From Candidatus Krumholzibacteriia bacterium (GTDB lineage: Bacteria; Krumholzibacteriota; Krumholzibacteriia; LZORAL124-64-63): a stretch of 64,000 nucleotides of DNA. Each line of letters starts with the position of its first letter. Position 1 is the first letter of the stretch. The stretch lies in contig JBFXKG010000005.1 in NCBI GenBank assembly GCA_050174015.1, forward strand, positions 96,001-160,000. Direction: 5' to 3'. Both the position numbers and the translations under genes were made by a program. The notes beneath the pieces were generated by a model. It was not told the DNA's origin, made no database searches, and saw nothing but the letters and a program-made list of their open reading frames with translations. This document shows, in pieces, positions 47,992 through 57,315 of the stretch.

Positions 47992-49488
47992 ATGGGTGAG
48001 CACATTCTATCCTGGATGACTTTCTTCCCGGTCATCGGGGCGGCTGTGATCGCTTTCATTCCGTCGGAGCGGAAAGAGATCATCAAGACGGTGGCGGCGG
48101 CCGCGGCGGCCGTGCCCCTGATCCTCGCCGTGCAGCTGTTCATGAACTTCGACCGGGGGACCTCGGCCTTCCAGTTCGTCGAGCACTACACCTGGATCAA
48201 GAGCTTCAACATCGAGTACTTCATGGGGATCGACGGCCTCAGTATCCCGATGGTGTTGCTGACGGCGCTCCTGTCCTTCCTGTGCGTGATCGCGTCCTGG
48301 GGCATCGAGAAGGCCGTCAAGGGCTACTTCTCGCTGTTCCTGGTCCTTGAAGCGGGCATGTTCGGTGTGTTCTGCGCCCTGGACTTCTTCCTGTTCTACG
48401 TGTTCTGGGAAGTGATGCTGCTGCCGATGTACTTCCTGATCGGCATCTGGGGCGGACCGCGCCGCGAGTACGCCGCCATCAAGTTCTTCCTGTACACCCT
48501 GGCCGGTTCGGTGCTGATGCTGCTGGCGATGATCGCCTTCTACCTGAACACGGTGGACCCGGTCACCGGCGGCCACACCTTCAACATGCTGCACATGTTC
48601 GACCAGGCCAACCACAACAGCTGGCTGCAGCTGACCAACGTCCGCCACCTGCTGTGGCTGGGCCTGTTCATCGGCTTCGCCATCAAGGTGCCCATCTTCC
48701 CGTTCCACACCTGGTTGCCCGACGCCCACGTCGAGGCTCCCACCGCCGTGTCCGTCATCCTGGCCGGCGTGCTGCTGAAGATGGGAACCTACGGCATCCT
48801 GCGCATCAGCTATCCCATGCTGCCGGACCAGGCGCTGTGGTTCAGCTATCCGCTGGCGATCCTCGGCGCCATCAACATCCTCTACGGCGCCTACTGCGCC
48901 ATGGCCCAGTCGGACATGAAGAAGCTGGTGGCCTACTCGTCCGTTTCGCACATGGGCTACGTGCTGCTGGGCATGGCCGCCTTCACCGAGGCGGGCATCA
49001 ACGGCGCCGTGCTGCAGATGTTCAACCACGGCACCATCACCGCCATGATGTTCCTCTGCGTGGGCGTGGTCTACGACCGGGCCCACACCCGCGAGATCAA
49101 CGGCTTCGGCGGCCTGATGACCCAGATGCCCGTCTACGGCACCGTGTTCTCCTTCGCCCTCTTCGCCGCCCTGGGCCTGCCCGGGCTGAGCGGCTTCGTG
49201 AGCGAGGCAATGATCTTCATGGGCGCCTTCCCCGTGTACCGGACGGTGGCCATGATCAGCGCCCTGGGCATCATCGTCGGCGCCGCCTACGTGCTCTGGA
49301 TGCTGCAGCGGGTGTTCCTCGGTCCCAAGAACGAGAAGTGGGATTCGCTGCCCGACATCAACACGCGGGAGATGTTCACCCTGGTGCCCATCGGCGTCAT
49401 CGTTCTGCTGCTGGGCGTGTACCCCATGCCGGTGCTGAACCTGATGAAGGTGTCCCTGAACAACCTGATCAAGGTGGTGGCCGGCTGA
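47992..49488 (+). CDS. nuoM: NADH-quinone oxidoreductase subunit M
   Basis: FWEVMLLPMY, PFHTWLPDAHVEAPT, AYSSVSHMG. Confidence 0.97.
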   Translation: MGEHILSWMTFFPVIGAAVIAFIPSERKEIIKTVAAAAAAVPLILAVQLFMNFDRGTSAFQFVEHYTWIKSFNIEYFMGIDGLSIPMVLLTALLSFLCVIASWGIEKAVKGYFSLFLVLEAGMFGVFCALDFFLFYVFWEVMLLPMYFLIGIWGGPRREYAAIKFFLYTLAGSVLMLLAMIAFYLNTVDPVTGGHTFNMLHMFDQANHNSWLQLTNVRHLLWLGLFIGFAIKVPIFPFHTWLPDAHVEAPTAVSVILAGVLLKMGTYGILRISYPMLPDQALWFSYPLAILGAINILYGAYCAMAQSDMKKLVAYSSVSHMGYVLLGMAAFTEAGINGAVLQMFNHGTITAMMFLCVGVVYDRAHTREINGFGGLMTQMPVYGTVFSFALFAALGLPGLSGFVSEAMIFMGAFPVYRTVAMISALGIIVGAAYVLWMLQRVFLGPKNEKWDSLPDINTREMFTLVPIGVIVLLLGVYPMPVLNLMKVSLNNLIKVVAG

Positions 49489-49516
49489 ACCGGCCCTGCA
49501 TGAGGAGTGCTCCTCG

Positions 49517-51046
49517 ATGGAACTGTTGAACGTGAACATTCCCAGCTGGTCGGATCTGGGCTACTGGATTCCCGAGGCGGTGCTGTGCGGCACGTTCCTG
49601 GTCGCCTTGATCGCCGATCTGATCGTGCGCGGCCGCCGGCCCTGGCTGCCGTTCGCGGTCTCGGTCTTCGGCCTGATCACCGCCGGCAGCTACGCGGTGG
49701 CCGCCCTCCTGCCCGCCGATCCGACGGCGCGCACGATCATGGGCGATCTGGTGGTGGTCGACGGCCTGGCCGGATTCTTCCGTCTGCTGTTCATCTTCGC
49801 CGGCCTGATGACCGTGCTCTTCGCCTGGACCAGCGAGGAGATCATGGGCCGCAAGCGGGAGAACAAGGGCGAATTCTACGCCCTGACCGTCCTGATGACC
49901 GCGGCCATGTGCGTCATGGCCGAGGCCCGGGACCTGCTGATGCTCTACCTGTCCATGGAGGCGGTGGGCCTGATCAGCTACGTCATGGCCGGCTACATGC
50001 GCACCAGCCTGCGCAGCACCGAGGCGTCCCTGAAGTACGTGATCTTCGGTGCGGTGAGCAGCGCCATCATGCTCTACGGCATCTCCCTGCTGTACGGCAT
50101 GACCGGTTCCATGCAGTTCGCCGGGATCCGGGAAGGGCTCATGGACGGCCGGACCAGCGCCTTCGGGCTGCTGGTGGCGACCGTCCTGGTGCTCGTGGGG
50201 ATGAGCTACAAGATCGCCGCGGTGCCCTTCCACTACTGGTGCCCCGACGTCTACGAGGGGTCCCCGACCCCCGTCAGCGCCATCTTCTCCGTCGGGCCCA
50301 AGGCCGCCGGTTTCGCCCTGATGATCCGATTCTTCTACACGACGCTGGCCGACGGCCCCGACGCCGCGGCCGATTCGGGCCTGATCGCCGCCATCAACTG
50401 GCCCCTGCTGGTGGCGGTGATGGCCGCGGTGACCATGACCTACGGGAACCTGGTCGCCCTGCGCCAGGACAACGTCAAGCGCATGCTCGCCTACTCGAGC
50501 ATCGCCCACGTCGGGTACGTCCTGATGGGATTCGTGCTGCTGACGGGCCAGGGCCTGCAGGCCATCCTGTTCTACCTGCTGGTCTACACCCTGATGAACC
50601 TGGGGGCCTTCTTCTTCGTGGTGGCCGTCAACAACCATCTCCGGAGCGAGAACCTGGCGGACTACGTGGGGCTGGGCTTCCGCGCCCCCTGGGCGGGCGT
50701 GATGATGGTCGTCTTCCTCGCCTCCCTGACGGGCGTCCCGCCCTTCGCAGGTTTCGTCGGGAAGCTGTACCTGTTCACCGCGGTCATGGACCGGCAATGG
50801 TTCTGGCTGGTCATCATCGCGGCCCTGAACAGCGTGGTCAGCCTCTACTACTACTTCAAGGTGGTCAAGGTGATGTTCCTGATGCGGCCGGCCGAGGGCG
50901 CGGATACGACCCCGTTGAAGTTCCACTGGCTCCAGTACACGGTGCTGGCCCTGCTGGCAGTCCCGACCCTGGCCCTGGGGCTCTATTTCGGCCAGTTCAA
51001 GGGGTTGGCCGACCAGGCGATCGCCATGATGACCACGGGCTTCTAG
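49517..51046 (+). CDS. nuoN: NADH-quinone oxidoreductase subunit N
   Basis: EASLKY, KIAAVPFHYWCPDVYEGSPTP, KRMLAYSSIAH. Confidence 0.97.
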   Translation: MELLNVNIPSWSDLGYWIPEAVLCGTFLVALIADLIVRGRRPWLPFAVSVFGLITAGSYAVAALLPADPTARTIMGDLVVVDGLAGFFRLLFIFAGLMTVLFAWTSEEIMGRKRENKGEFYALTVLMTAAMCVMAEARDLLMLYLSMEAVGLISYVMAGYMRTSLRSTEASLKYVIFGAVSSAIMLYGISLLYGMTGSMQFAGIREGLMDGRTSAFGLLVATVLVLVGMSYKIAAVPFHYWCPDVYEGSPTPVSAIFSVGPKAAGFALMIRFFYTTLADGPDAAADSGLIAAINWPLLVAVMAAVTMTYGNLVALRQDNVKRMLAYSSIAHVGYVLMGFVLLTGQGLQAILFYLLVYTLMNLGAFFFVVAVNNHLRSENLADYVGLGFRAPWAGVMMVVFLASLTGVPPFAGFVGKLYLFTAVMDRQWFWLVIIAALNSVVSLYYYFKVVKVMFLMRPAEGADTTPLKFHWLQYTVLALLAVPTLALGLYFGQFKGLADQAIAMMTTGF

Positions 51047-51066
51047 CCCGCTCCCCTCTTGCAACG

Positions 51067-51094
51067 AACAGGCCGCCCTCCGGGGCGGCCTGTT
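51067..51094. terminator. Terminator after the nuo operon (convergent junction)
   Basis: AACAGGCCGCCC/GGGCGGCCTGTT. Confidence 0.8.
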
Positions 51095-51113
51095 TCCGTA
51101 GATGGGCGGATGG

Positions 51114-51515
51114 CTACCAGGCCGGCCCTTCCCCGCTGCGGTCGCGGTCCTCGAAGGAGCAGGGCCCCTTCTCGACGTGACCGCGGTAGCATTCCTCGTG
51201 CGCATGGGCGTAGTGCTGTTCGAGGGCGCGGCACAGGGCGGGGCGCTTCAGCCAGCGGCCCCGGTCGTCGACCAGCACCGAATTGTCCAGTTCGGACTTC
51301 TCTCCCCGGTACAGACCGAACAGCCTGACCCGGTCGGGCCCGAACCCTTCCTCGTCGAGGCACTCCACCAGTCCGCAGAGCGTGTCCGAGAAGTAGTGGT
51401 CGTACACCGGTTCGGCGCCCTTGCCTTCGAGGATGTCCACCCGGCCCTCGTAGGTGTAGGGCAGGGTCCGGTCCTTCTTGGACTGCGGTCTGGCAGTCCC
51501 CTTGATCAGCCCCAT
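51114..51515 (-). CDS. Hypothetical protein (Cys/His-containing)
   Basis: AAGGAGGA RBS; DRTLPYTYEGRV, SDTLCGL, YRGH..CSFEDR. Confidence 0.75.
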   Translation of the reverse strand: MGLIKGTARPQSKKDRTLPYTYEGRVDILEGKGAEPVYDHYFSDTLCGLVECLDEEGFGPDRVRLFGLYRGEKSELDNSVLVDDRGRWLKRPALCRALEQHYAHAHEECYRGHVEKGPCSFEDRDRSGEGPAW

Positions 51516-51677
51516 CCCATCCTCCTTCGCGTCCCGCACACGTCATTGAACGACCACGTTCATCATAAGCGGTGGGCGGGGGGGCGTCAACGCGGGCGGG
51601 CCGCGCCGGAGGGGTAAAAGGAAGCCGCCCCCACGCGGGGGGCGGCAGGCTCACGAACCCTGGACGGTAGCGGGAAA

Positions 51678-52328
51678 CTACCGGAAGAGCGACTTGACGG
51701 CGCCGAAGGATTCGGTCTCGGGGGAGTCGAAGGTCTTGGCGGGAGAGAGGTCCCGCATGAGGCCGGCGAAGTCCCCGCCGGCGGCGCTGGCGCTGGGGCC
51801 GATGATGGCGTAGGTGTTGACGCCGTCCGAAACGAAGGTGCTGTAGAACGTCTGGCCGTGGCCGCGGGCGCCGGTGCGGGAGTTGGCGATGCCGCCGACG
51901 GTCACGCCGAAGCTGGGGTTCCCCAGGATGTCGGGGTCGATTCCGGAGAAGGTCACGGACTCACCGGGGGAGAAACCGGAGAAGAAGGCGATGACCCGCT
52001 CGGTGTCGATGCCGGTGGTGCTGGTCAGGGTCGCCGGCCCGGAAAAGGCGCCGAAGGTGTCCCAGATGATGTGGCCGTCGTTGGCGCTCGCGCCGTCGAT
52101 GCCCCAGGCGTCGATATCCACGGGGGCGTTGTTGACGATGGTCAGGTTGATGGCGAAGGAGGTCGCGGGTCCGGGGAAGGTGCAGGTGGCGTTGGCCACG
52201 TCGGCGAAGATGGGGGGTTCCAGGGTTCCCTTGCCCGCATGGGTGACGTTGAGGTCGGAATCGGCGAAGGCGGCGGGGCCGGCGATCATGACGGCGAAAG
52301 CCAGAGCGAGTACGGTCAGTTTCTTCAT
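51678..52328 (-). CDS. Secreted protein with C-terminal SFGAVKSLFR tail
   Basis: GGAGG RBS, signal peptide MKKLTVLAL..AFA, beta-rich body, tail variant. Confidence 0.85.
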   Translation of the reverse strand: MKKLTVLALAFAVMIAGPAAFADSDLNVTHAGKGTLEPPIFADVANATCTFPGPATSFAINLTIVNNAPVDIDAWGIDGASANDGHIIWDTFGAFSGPATLTSTTGIDTERVIAFFSGFSPGESVTFSGIDPDILGNPSFGVTVGGIANSRTGARGHGQTFYSTFVSDGVNTYAIIGPSASAAGGDFAGLMRDLSPAKTFDSPETESFGAVKSLFR

Positions 52329-52583
52329 GGTGGTCCTCCGATCCAGGGCCTTTGGCAAGGCCGCAGGGTGGTATGCGTCCGGTGGGTCGGCACTCCGGAT
52401 TCCGGCCCGTAACCCACGCGCGGCGGGTCGCCGACGCGCTGGCGCCATGGCCGGATCTCCCCTCCCGCCGACCGCACCCTGAGATTGGTTTCCAATGAAA
52501 TTGGATCCAAGTTCAAAACCATACACCATGGACCCCGGGTAGAACAAGACCAAAATTGTCTATCATGAGCCCGATCCCCGGGA

Positions 52584-52793
52584 TCATCCGAGGATCAGCA
52601 CCTTCCGCGTCAGCTCCTGCCTGACTCCTGGCCCACTCACCAGCAACCGGGCGAAATAGGTTCCGTCGGCCACCGGCCGCCCGTCCCGGTCACGGCCGTC
52701 CCGACTGACCGCCTGGGGACCGAGGTCCTGTTCCGCTTTCAGCACGATCCGCAGGCGGCGGCCCCTGACGGCGAAGATCACCAGCCGGGCATG
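52584..52793 (-). pseudogene. Orphan FlgD-Ig / T9SS-type C-terminal domain fragment
   Basis: ARLVIFAVRGRRLR..VSRDGRDRDGRPVADGTYFARL..TRKVLILG; no N-terminal part, and the usual W of WDG is R. Confidence 0.7.
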
Positions 52794-53076
52794 AATGAAA
52801 TGAAGCGTTCAAACCCAATCGCAGTGCTAGGATTCCAAGCCTACCGGCACAGGCATTCCTTGGGTTGCGCCAAATCTCTTTTCATTGGATAAAATCGGAA
52901 AAAATCCTATTTTTGTCCTGGGGTTTTGAAAATTTATTTTCTTTTGTTGAAAATCTGTTACGATCAGTTGGCACCTGGGACTCGCCCCCGAATGCATCAC
53001 CCTCGGGTCACCCGTCCCTCCATCCGGACATCTTGCCCTGCCCTGCCGCCGGCAGGAACCCTGGAGGTCTGCACTC

Positions 53077-53778
53077 ATGAAATCCTTGCTCGCGATCATC
53101 GCCCTGTTGACCCTGGCCGCGCCCGCCCTGGCCGGTCCCATCTACGACATGGAGGTCGGCGGCCTGTACGCCGAAGGGGACTACGTGACCGTGGTCTGCG
53201 CCACGGTGACGGCCGTCACCGCCTACGGTTGCGCCATCGCCGAGTCCCCGTTCCAGATGGGCAACAGCACCTGGGTCTATCTGGGGGCCGGCCACACCGC
53301 GCAGGTGGGGGACATCGTCACGGTGTATGCGCCCTACTTCGAGTACTACGAGCTCACCGAACTGGATGTGGGCCACTACACGACGGCCGTCCCGGCAGCC
53401 ACCTTCACCAAGGTGGGGGTCTGCACGATCATGCCCGATCCCATCCCCCTGACGGCCGCGGCAATCATGGCCGCTCCCGAACACTACGAGAGTTGCATCG
53501 TCTGGCTGACCGACGGGTTCCTGGTGACCGACATCCTGACCTACGGCGAATGGCTGGCGGACAGCCACGAGACCGGGACGCAAATCTACTTCGACGATTA
53601 CTGGTTCGACGAGACGGGCCTGATGGTCGGCGACTGCGCCAACTGGGCCCTCGGAATGTGGACCTACAACTTCGGCGCCTTCAAGCTGGAGCCCTTCGTG
53701 GACGGCTTCCCCCCGGTGGATTGCACGGTGGATGCGGAGCGGTCGAGCCTGGGCGGCATCAAGGCTCTCTTCAGGTAG
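53077..53778 (+). CDS. Secreted protein (possible OB-fold domains) with C-terminal SLGGIKALFR tail
   Basis: Signal peptide; VTVVCATVTAV, VGDIVTV, EYYELTEL; tail variant. Confidence 0.85.
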   Translation: MKSLLAIIALLTLAAPALAGPIYDMEVGGLYAEGDYVTVVCATVTAVTAYGCAIAESPFQMGNSTWVYLGAGHTAQVGDIVTVYAPYFEYYELTELDVGHYTTAVPAATFTKVGVCTIMPDPIPLTAAAIMAAPEHYESCIVWLTDGFLVTDILTYGEWLADSHETGTQIYFDDYWFDETGLMVGDCANWALGMWTYNFGAFKLEPFVDGFPPVDCTVDAERSSLGGIKALFR

Positions 53779-53800
53779 CCATCCCGGATCCGGATCGCAA

Positions 53801-53831
53801 CGGGCCCGGCGTCTGCCGGGCCCGATTTTTT
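53801..53831 (+). terminator. Intrinsic terminator
   Basis: CGGGCCCGGC/GCCGGGCCCG plus AT6. Confidence 0.8.
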
Positions 53832-53904
53832 GCCGCCTTGCTGTCGGACTGTTTCACTCCGAAATTGTCGCGGACCTCGAACATCCCATCAGCAGGAGGA
53901 CCAG

Positions 53905-54693
53905 ATGAAAACCCCCGCTCTTGTTCCGATCCTCGCCGTCGCCCTGACCCTGAGCCAGGGGACCGCGGCTGCGGCCATCGCCCACAAGACCGTCACCTTC
54001 GAACACGACGGCGTCGTTCTCGAGGGCTACCTTGCCTGGGATGATGCCCTGGATGGCCCCCGGCCCGGCGTCCTGGTGGTCCACCAGTGGCTGGGACTCG
54101 GCGACAACGAACGCATGCGGGCGGACATGCTCGCGGAACTGGGCTACATCGCCCTGGCCACCGACGTCTACGGGCAGGGGGTCCGTCCTGCGGACACGTC
54201 GGAAGCCGGCCGGGAAGCGGGCAAGTACTACGGCGACCGGGAGCTGTTCCGTGCGCGCCTGGCCGCCGGTCTGGCGGAGCTTCGGCGCCAGCCGGGTGTG
54301 GATCAGGAGCGCATCGCGGCGATCGGGTACTGCTTCGGCGGCGGCGGCGTGCTGGAACTCGCCCGGTCCGGCGCCGACATTGACGGCGTGGTCAGCTTCC
54401 ATGGCAGCCTCGACACGCCGTTGCCGGCGGAGGCCGGGGCCATCAAGGGCAAGATCCTGGTGTGCCACGGTGCGGTCGATCCCTACGTCAAGCCGGAGGC
54501 GGTCCATGGGTTCCTGGAGGAGATGGAGGCGGTGGGCGCGGACTACCAGCTGATCATGTACGCCGGGGCCGTCCACGCCTTCACCCAGAAGGGCGCGGGG
54601 GACGATCCGTCGCGCGGTGCGGCCTACGACGAGAAGGCGGACCGCCGGTCGTGGCGGGCGATGCAGGACTTCCTGGAAGAGGTCTTCCGATAG
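53905..54693 (+). CDS. Dienelactone hydrolase family protein, secreted
   Basis: HQWLG, GYCFGG, SFHG, HGAVD, HAFT. Confidence 0.93.
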   Translation: MKTPALVPILAVALTLSQGTAAAAIAHKTVTFEHDGVVLEGYLAWDDALDGPRPGVLVVHQWLGLGDNERMRADMLAELGYIALATDVYGQGVRPADTSEAGREAGKYYGDRELFRARLAAGLAELRRQPGVDQERIAAIGYCFGGGGVLELARSGADIDGVVSFHGSLDTPLPAEAGAIKGKILVCHGAVDPYVKPEAVHGFLEEMEAVGADYQLIMYAGAVHAFTQKGAGDDPSRGAAYDEKADRRSWRAMQDFLEEVFR

Positions 54694-54699
54694 TGCCGG

Positions 54700-55947
54700 T
54701 CAGGACGTCGTGAGATCCTTCAGGACCCGGACGGTCCGCCAGACCTCGTGGAAGGTCCCGTACAAGGGCGAGGGGCAGATGCGGACCACGTCTGGGGGAC
54801 GGAAATCGGGAACGATTCCCCGCTCGATGAGAGCCTCGCACACCTGAGCGGCCCCCGAGGGGATCTCCACGGCGACGTGGCCGCCCCGCCGCTCGGGCTC
54901 CCGCGGGGTGCCGATGACCAGGCCGTGGTCCGGTCCCGTCGGTTCGGCATCGATCAGCTCCATCAGGTAGCCGGTCAGGGCGAGGGACCGTGCGCGGATC
55001 CGCTCGATCCCGGCCTCGGCGATCACCGCCAGCGAACCGAGCAGGGTGGACGAGCCGAGGATGCCGGGCGAGGATATCTGCCAGCGCCCCGCCGTGGCCT
55101 GGGGCCTGAATTCCGGATCCATCTCGAACTGGGTGTCCTTGTCGTTGCCGAACCAGCCGCAAAGCAGGGGTTCGCGGTCCCAGTGCCGGCGGTTGACGTA
55201 GAGGAAAGCCGAGGCTCCCGGCCCCCCGTTGAGATACTTGTAGCTGCACCAGACCGCGAAATCGACGCCCCAGTCGTCGAGCCGGTGGATGACGGCGCCG
55301 GCGGAGTGGCTGCAATCGAGACCCAGGGGGATGCCCCGTTCCCTCGCCGCCGCCGCCAGGTAGGCCACGTCCAGCAGCTGGCCGCTCCGATACAGGACCG
55401 AGGGCAGGAAGACCAGGGCGACCTCCTCGGTCATCAGGCCGACGATGGCCCGTTCGTCGAGCGTGCGGCCGTCGGGGCTGGGAACGAGGACGAGGTCCCG
55501 CCCGGGGTCGCGGCCCCGCAGCTTCAGCTGGCCCTGCAGGGCGTAGAGGTCGGTGGGGAAGTTGAGGCTGTCGGCGAGGATCTTCACGCGGGCGCCGGCG
55601 GGCCGGTAGAAGCTGCTGACCAGGGCGTGGATGTTCACCGTGACCGTGGCCGAGTGGATCACGGCCTCGGGTTCGGCCCCCATCAGGGATGCCATCAGGG
55701 CGCCGACGCGCTCGGCGCGGTGGAACCAGGGGGACTCGCCGGTGAACCATCCGGACACGCCGCAGGTCCGCCATTCGTCCAGGGTCTGCAGGAGGGCGGC
55801 CTCGGCTTCCCGGGACAGCAGGCCCAGGGAATTGCCGTCCATGTAGATCACGCCCGGCAGCAGGTGGAACCGGGATCGGAAGCCGCGCAAAGGGTCGGCG
55901 GCGTCGAGAGCGAGAGCGCGGGCCTCGCTGGTGTCGATCGGTGCCAT
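54700..55947 (-). CDS. kynU: Kynureninase
   Basis: YMDGNSLG, FPTDLY, DCSHSAG, WCSYKYLNGGPG, RGGHV, DFRPPD. Confidence 0.95.
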   Translation of the reverse strand: MAPIDTSEARALALDAADPLRGFRSRFHLLPGVIYMDGNSLGLLSREAEAALLQTLDEWRTCGVSGWFTGESPWFHRAERVGALMASLMGAEPEAVIHSATVTVNIHALVSSFYRPAGARVKILADSLNFPTDLYALQGQLKLRGRDPGRDLVLVPSPDGRTLDERAIVGLMTEEVALVFLPSVLYRSGQLLDVAYLAAAARERGIPLGLDCSHSAGAVIHRLDDWGVDFAVWCSYKYLNGGPGASAFLYVNRRHWDREPLLCGWFGNDKDTQFEMDPEFRPQATAGRWQISSPGILGSSTLLGSLAVIAEAGIERIRARSLALTGYLMELIDAEPTGPDHGLVIGTPREPERRGGHVAVEIPSGAAQVCEALIERGIVPDFRPPDVVRICPSPLYGTFHEVWRTVRVLKDLTTS

Positions 55948-55957
55948 GGTCCTCCGG

Positions 55958-56842
55958 TCAGGTGCAGACCCGATTGCGGCCCGCCTGCTTGGCGCGGTAC
56001 AGGGCCTCGTCCGCGCGCCGCAACAGGCCTTCGGCACCTTCGCCGATGACCAGGGCGGCGGCCCCGATGCTGATGGTGGGTTCGAGCGTGATCCCATCCT
56101 TGCAGTAGTCATGGGCCTCGACGGCGGCGCGGATCCGTTCGGCCACCTCGACGGATCCGTTGAGCGACGTTCCCACCAGGAAGGCCATGAACTCGTCCCC
56201 GCCGTACCGGCTGGCCAGACCCTTGCCGGCCACGAGGCTCCCGATCAGCTTGCCGGTCTCGGCGATCGAGAAGGCGCCGAACTGGTGTCCATGGGTATCG
56301 TTGATCCGCTTGAGCCCGTCCATGTCCATCATCAGCATGCCCAGGGGGGTGGACGAGCCGTGGGCGACGGCGATGTGGCGCGCCAGCTCCTCGTCGAAGC
56401 GGCGCTTCGAAGGCAGGCCGGTGAGCTCGTCGACGGTGATCAGCTTCTCCATCTCGCCCATGTAGTGGACGTCCACCGCGTCGGCCAGGGAGAACTTCAG
56501 GATGGTCTTGCCCATGATGATCTTGTCGCCGGTCGACAGGGGCTGTTCGGTGATGCGGCGATCGTTGACGAACGTGCCGTTGGAGCTGTCGAGGTCGCTG
56601 ACCAGATAGCCGTCCGTTGCGGGGCAGTAGCTGACGCGGCCGTGCCTCCGCGAGATGGCGTTGTCCACCACCATGATGTCGGCGTCCGCCGAGCGGCCGA
56701 AAACGAAGGCGTCCTTGGCCAGGAGGATGACCCGGCCCATCTGGGGACCGTTCAGGAACGTGAGGATGGGCTGGCGCCGGTGGAACCGGCCGTCCTGGTT
56801 GAAGTCCGGATCGAAGAGTTCGGTGTCGGTGTGGTCGCGCAT
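55958..56842 (-). CDS. FHA-domain diguanylate cyclase
   Basis: FHA: FGRS, ISRRH, DLDSSNGTFVN; GGDEF domain: DELTGL, INDTHGH, RYGGDEF. Confidence 0.95.
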   Translation of the reverse strand: MRDHTDTELFDPDFNQDGRFHRRQPILTFLNGPQMGRVILLAKDAFVFGRSADADIMVVDNAISRRHGRVSYCPATDGYLVSDLDSSNGTFVNDRRITEQPLSTGDKIIMGKTILKFSLADAVDVHYMGEMEKLITVDELTGLPSKRRFDEELARHIAVAHGSSTPLGMLMMDMDGLKRINDTHGHQFGAFSIAETGKLIGSLVAGKGLASRYGGDEFMAFLVGTSLNGSVEVAERIRAAVEAHDYCKDGITLEPTISIGAAALVIGEGAEGLLRRADEALYRAKQAGRNRVCT

Positions 56843-57315
56843 CCCCCGTCTCCGCACTTGGAGGGTTCGGTCCTTTCGGGCGCTTTCGGGAACCCGGCCG
56901 TCGCCGCTGACATGATATACCAAGCGAAGTGAGCCGGCCGATGCAGTTCGGCCCGTGAGCATATACCCTGTCGGGGCGGCTTACAACCGCGGGATGGACA
57001 GTGTGATGGACAGGCGGGGCGGAGTCTCCCCGGGAATTCCGAGCCCGGCTACCCTGCGGACAGAGTCCAAGTCGGTCATCGCCTCCTGCCGGCTCCGGTT
57101 GCTCGGCGCGCTCTGGCAAGGCGAACCATAGCCGATGGTTCCACTGACGAAACGTTGATCGGGCCGCGACGAACCGGCCGAGTCGGGTCGCCCACCGGTG
57201 ATTCAGGTCTTCAACTTCTCACCTTCGAACCATCGCACTTGGTCCCGCTCTGCTGACGCTTCCAGCGCGGCTTCCGCGGGGAAGGAGATTCCCGAGGTGG
57301 CGCCCCCGGCGCCGG

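Noticed and set aside
56850..57310. Gene remnant or RNA downstream of the HNH gene
   Set aside because: No coherent ORF, repeat or convincing structure identified by eye
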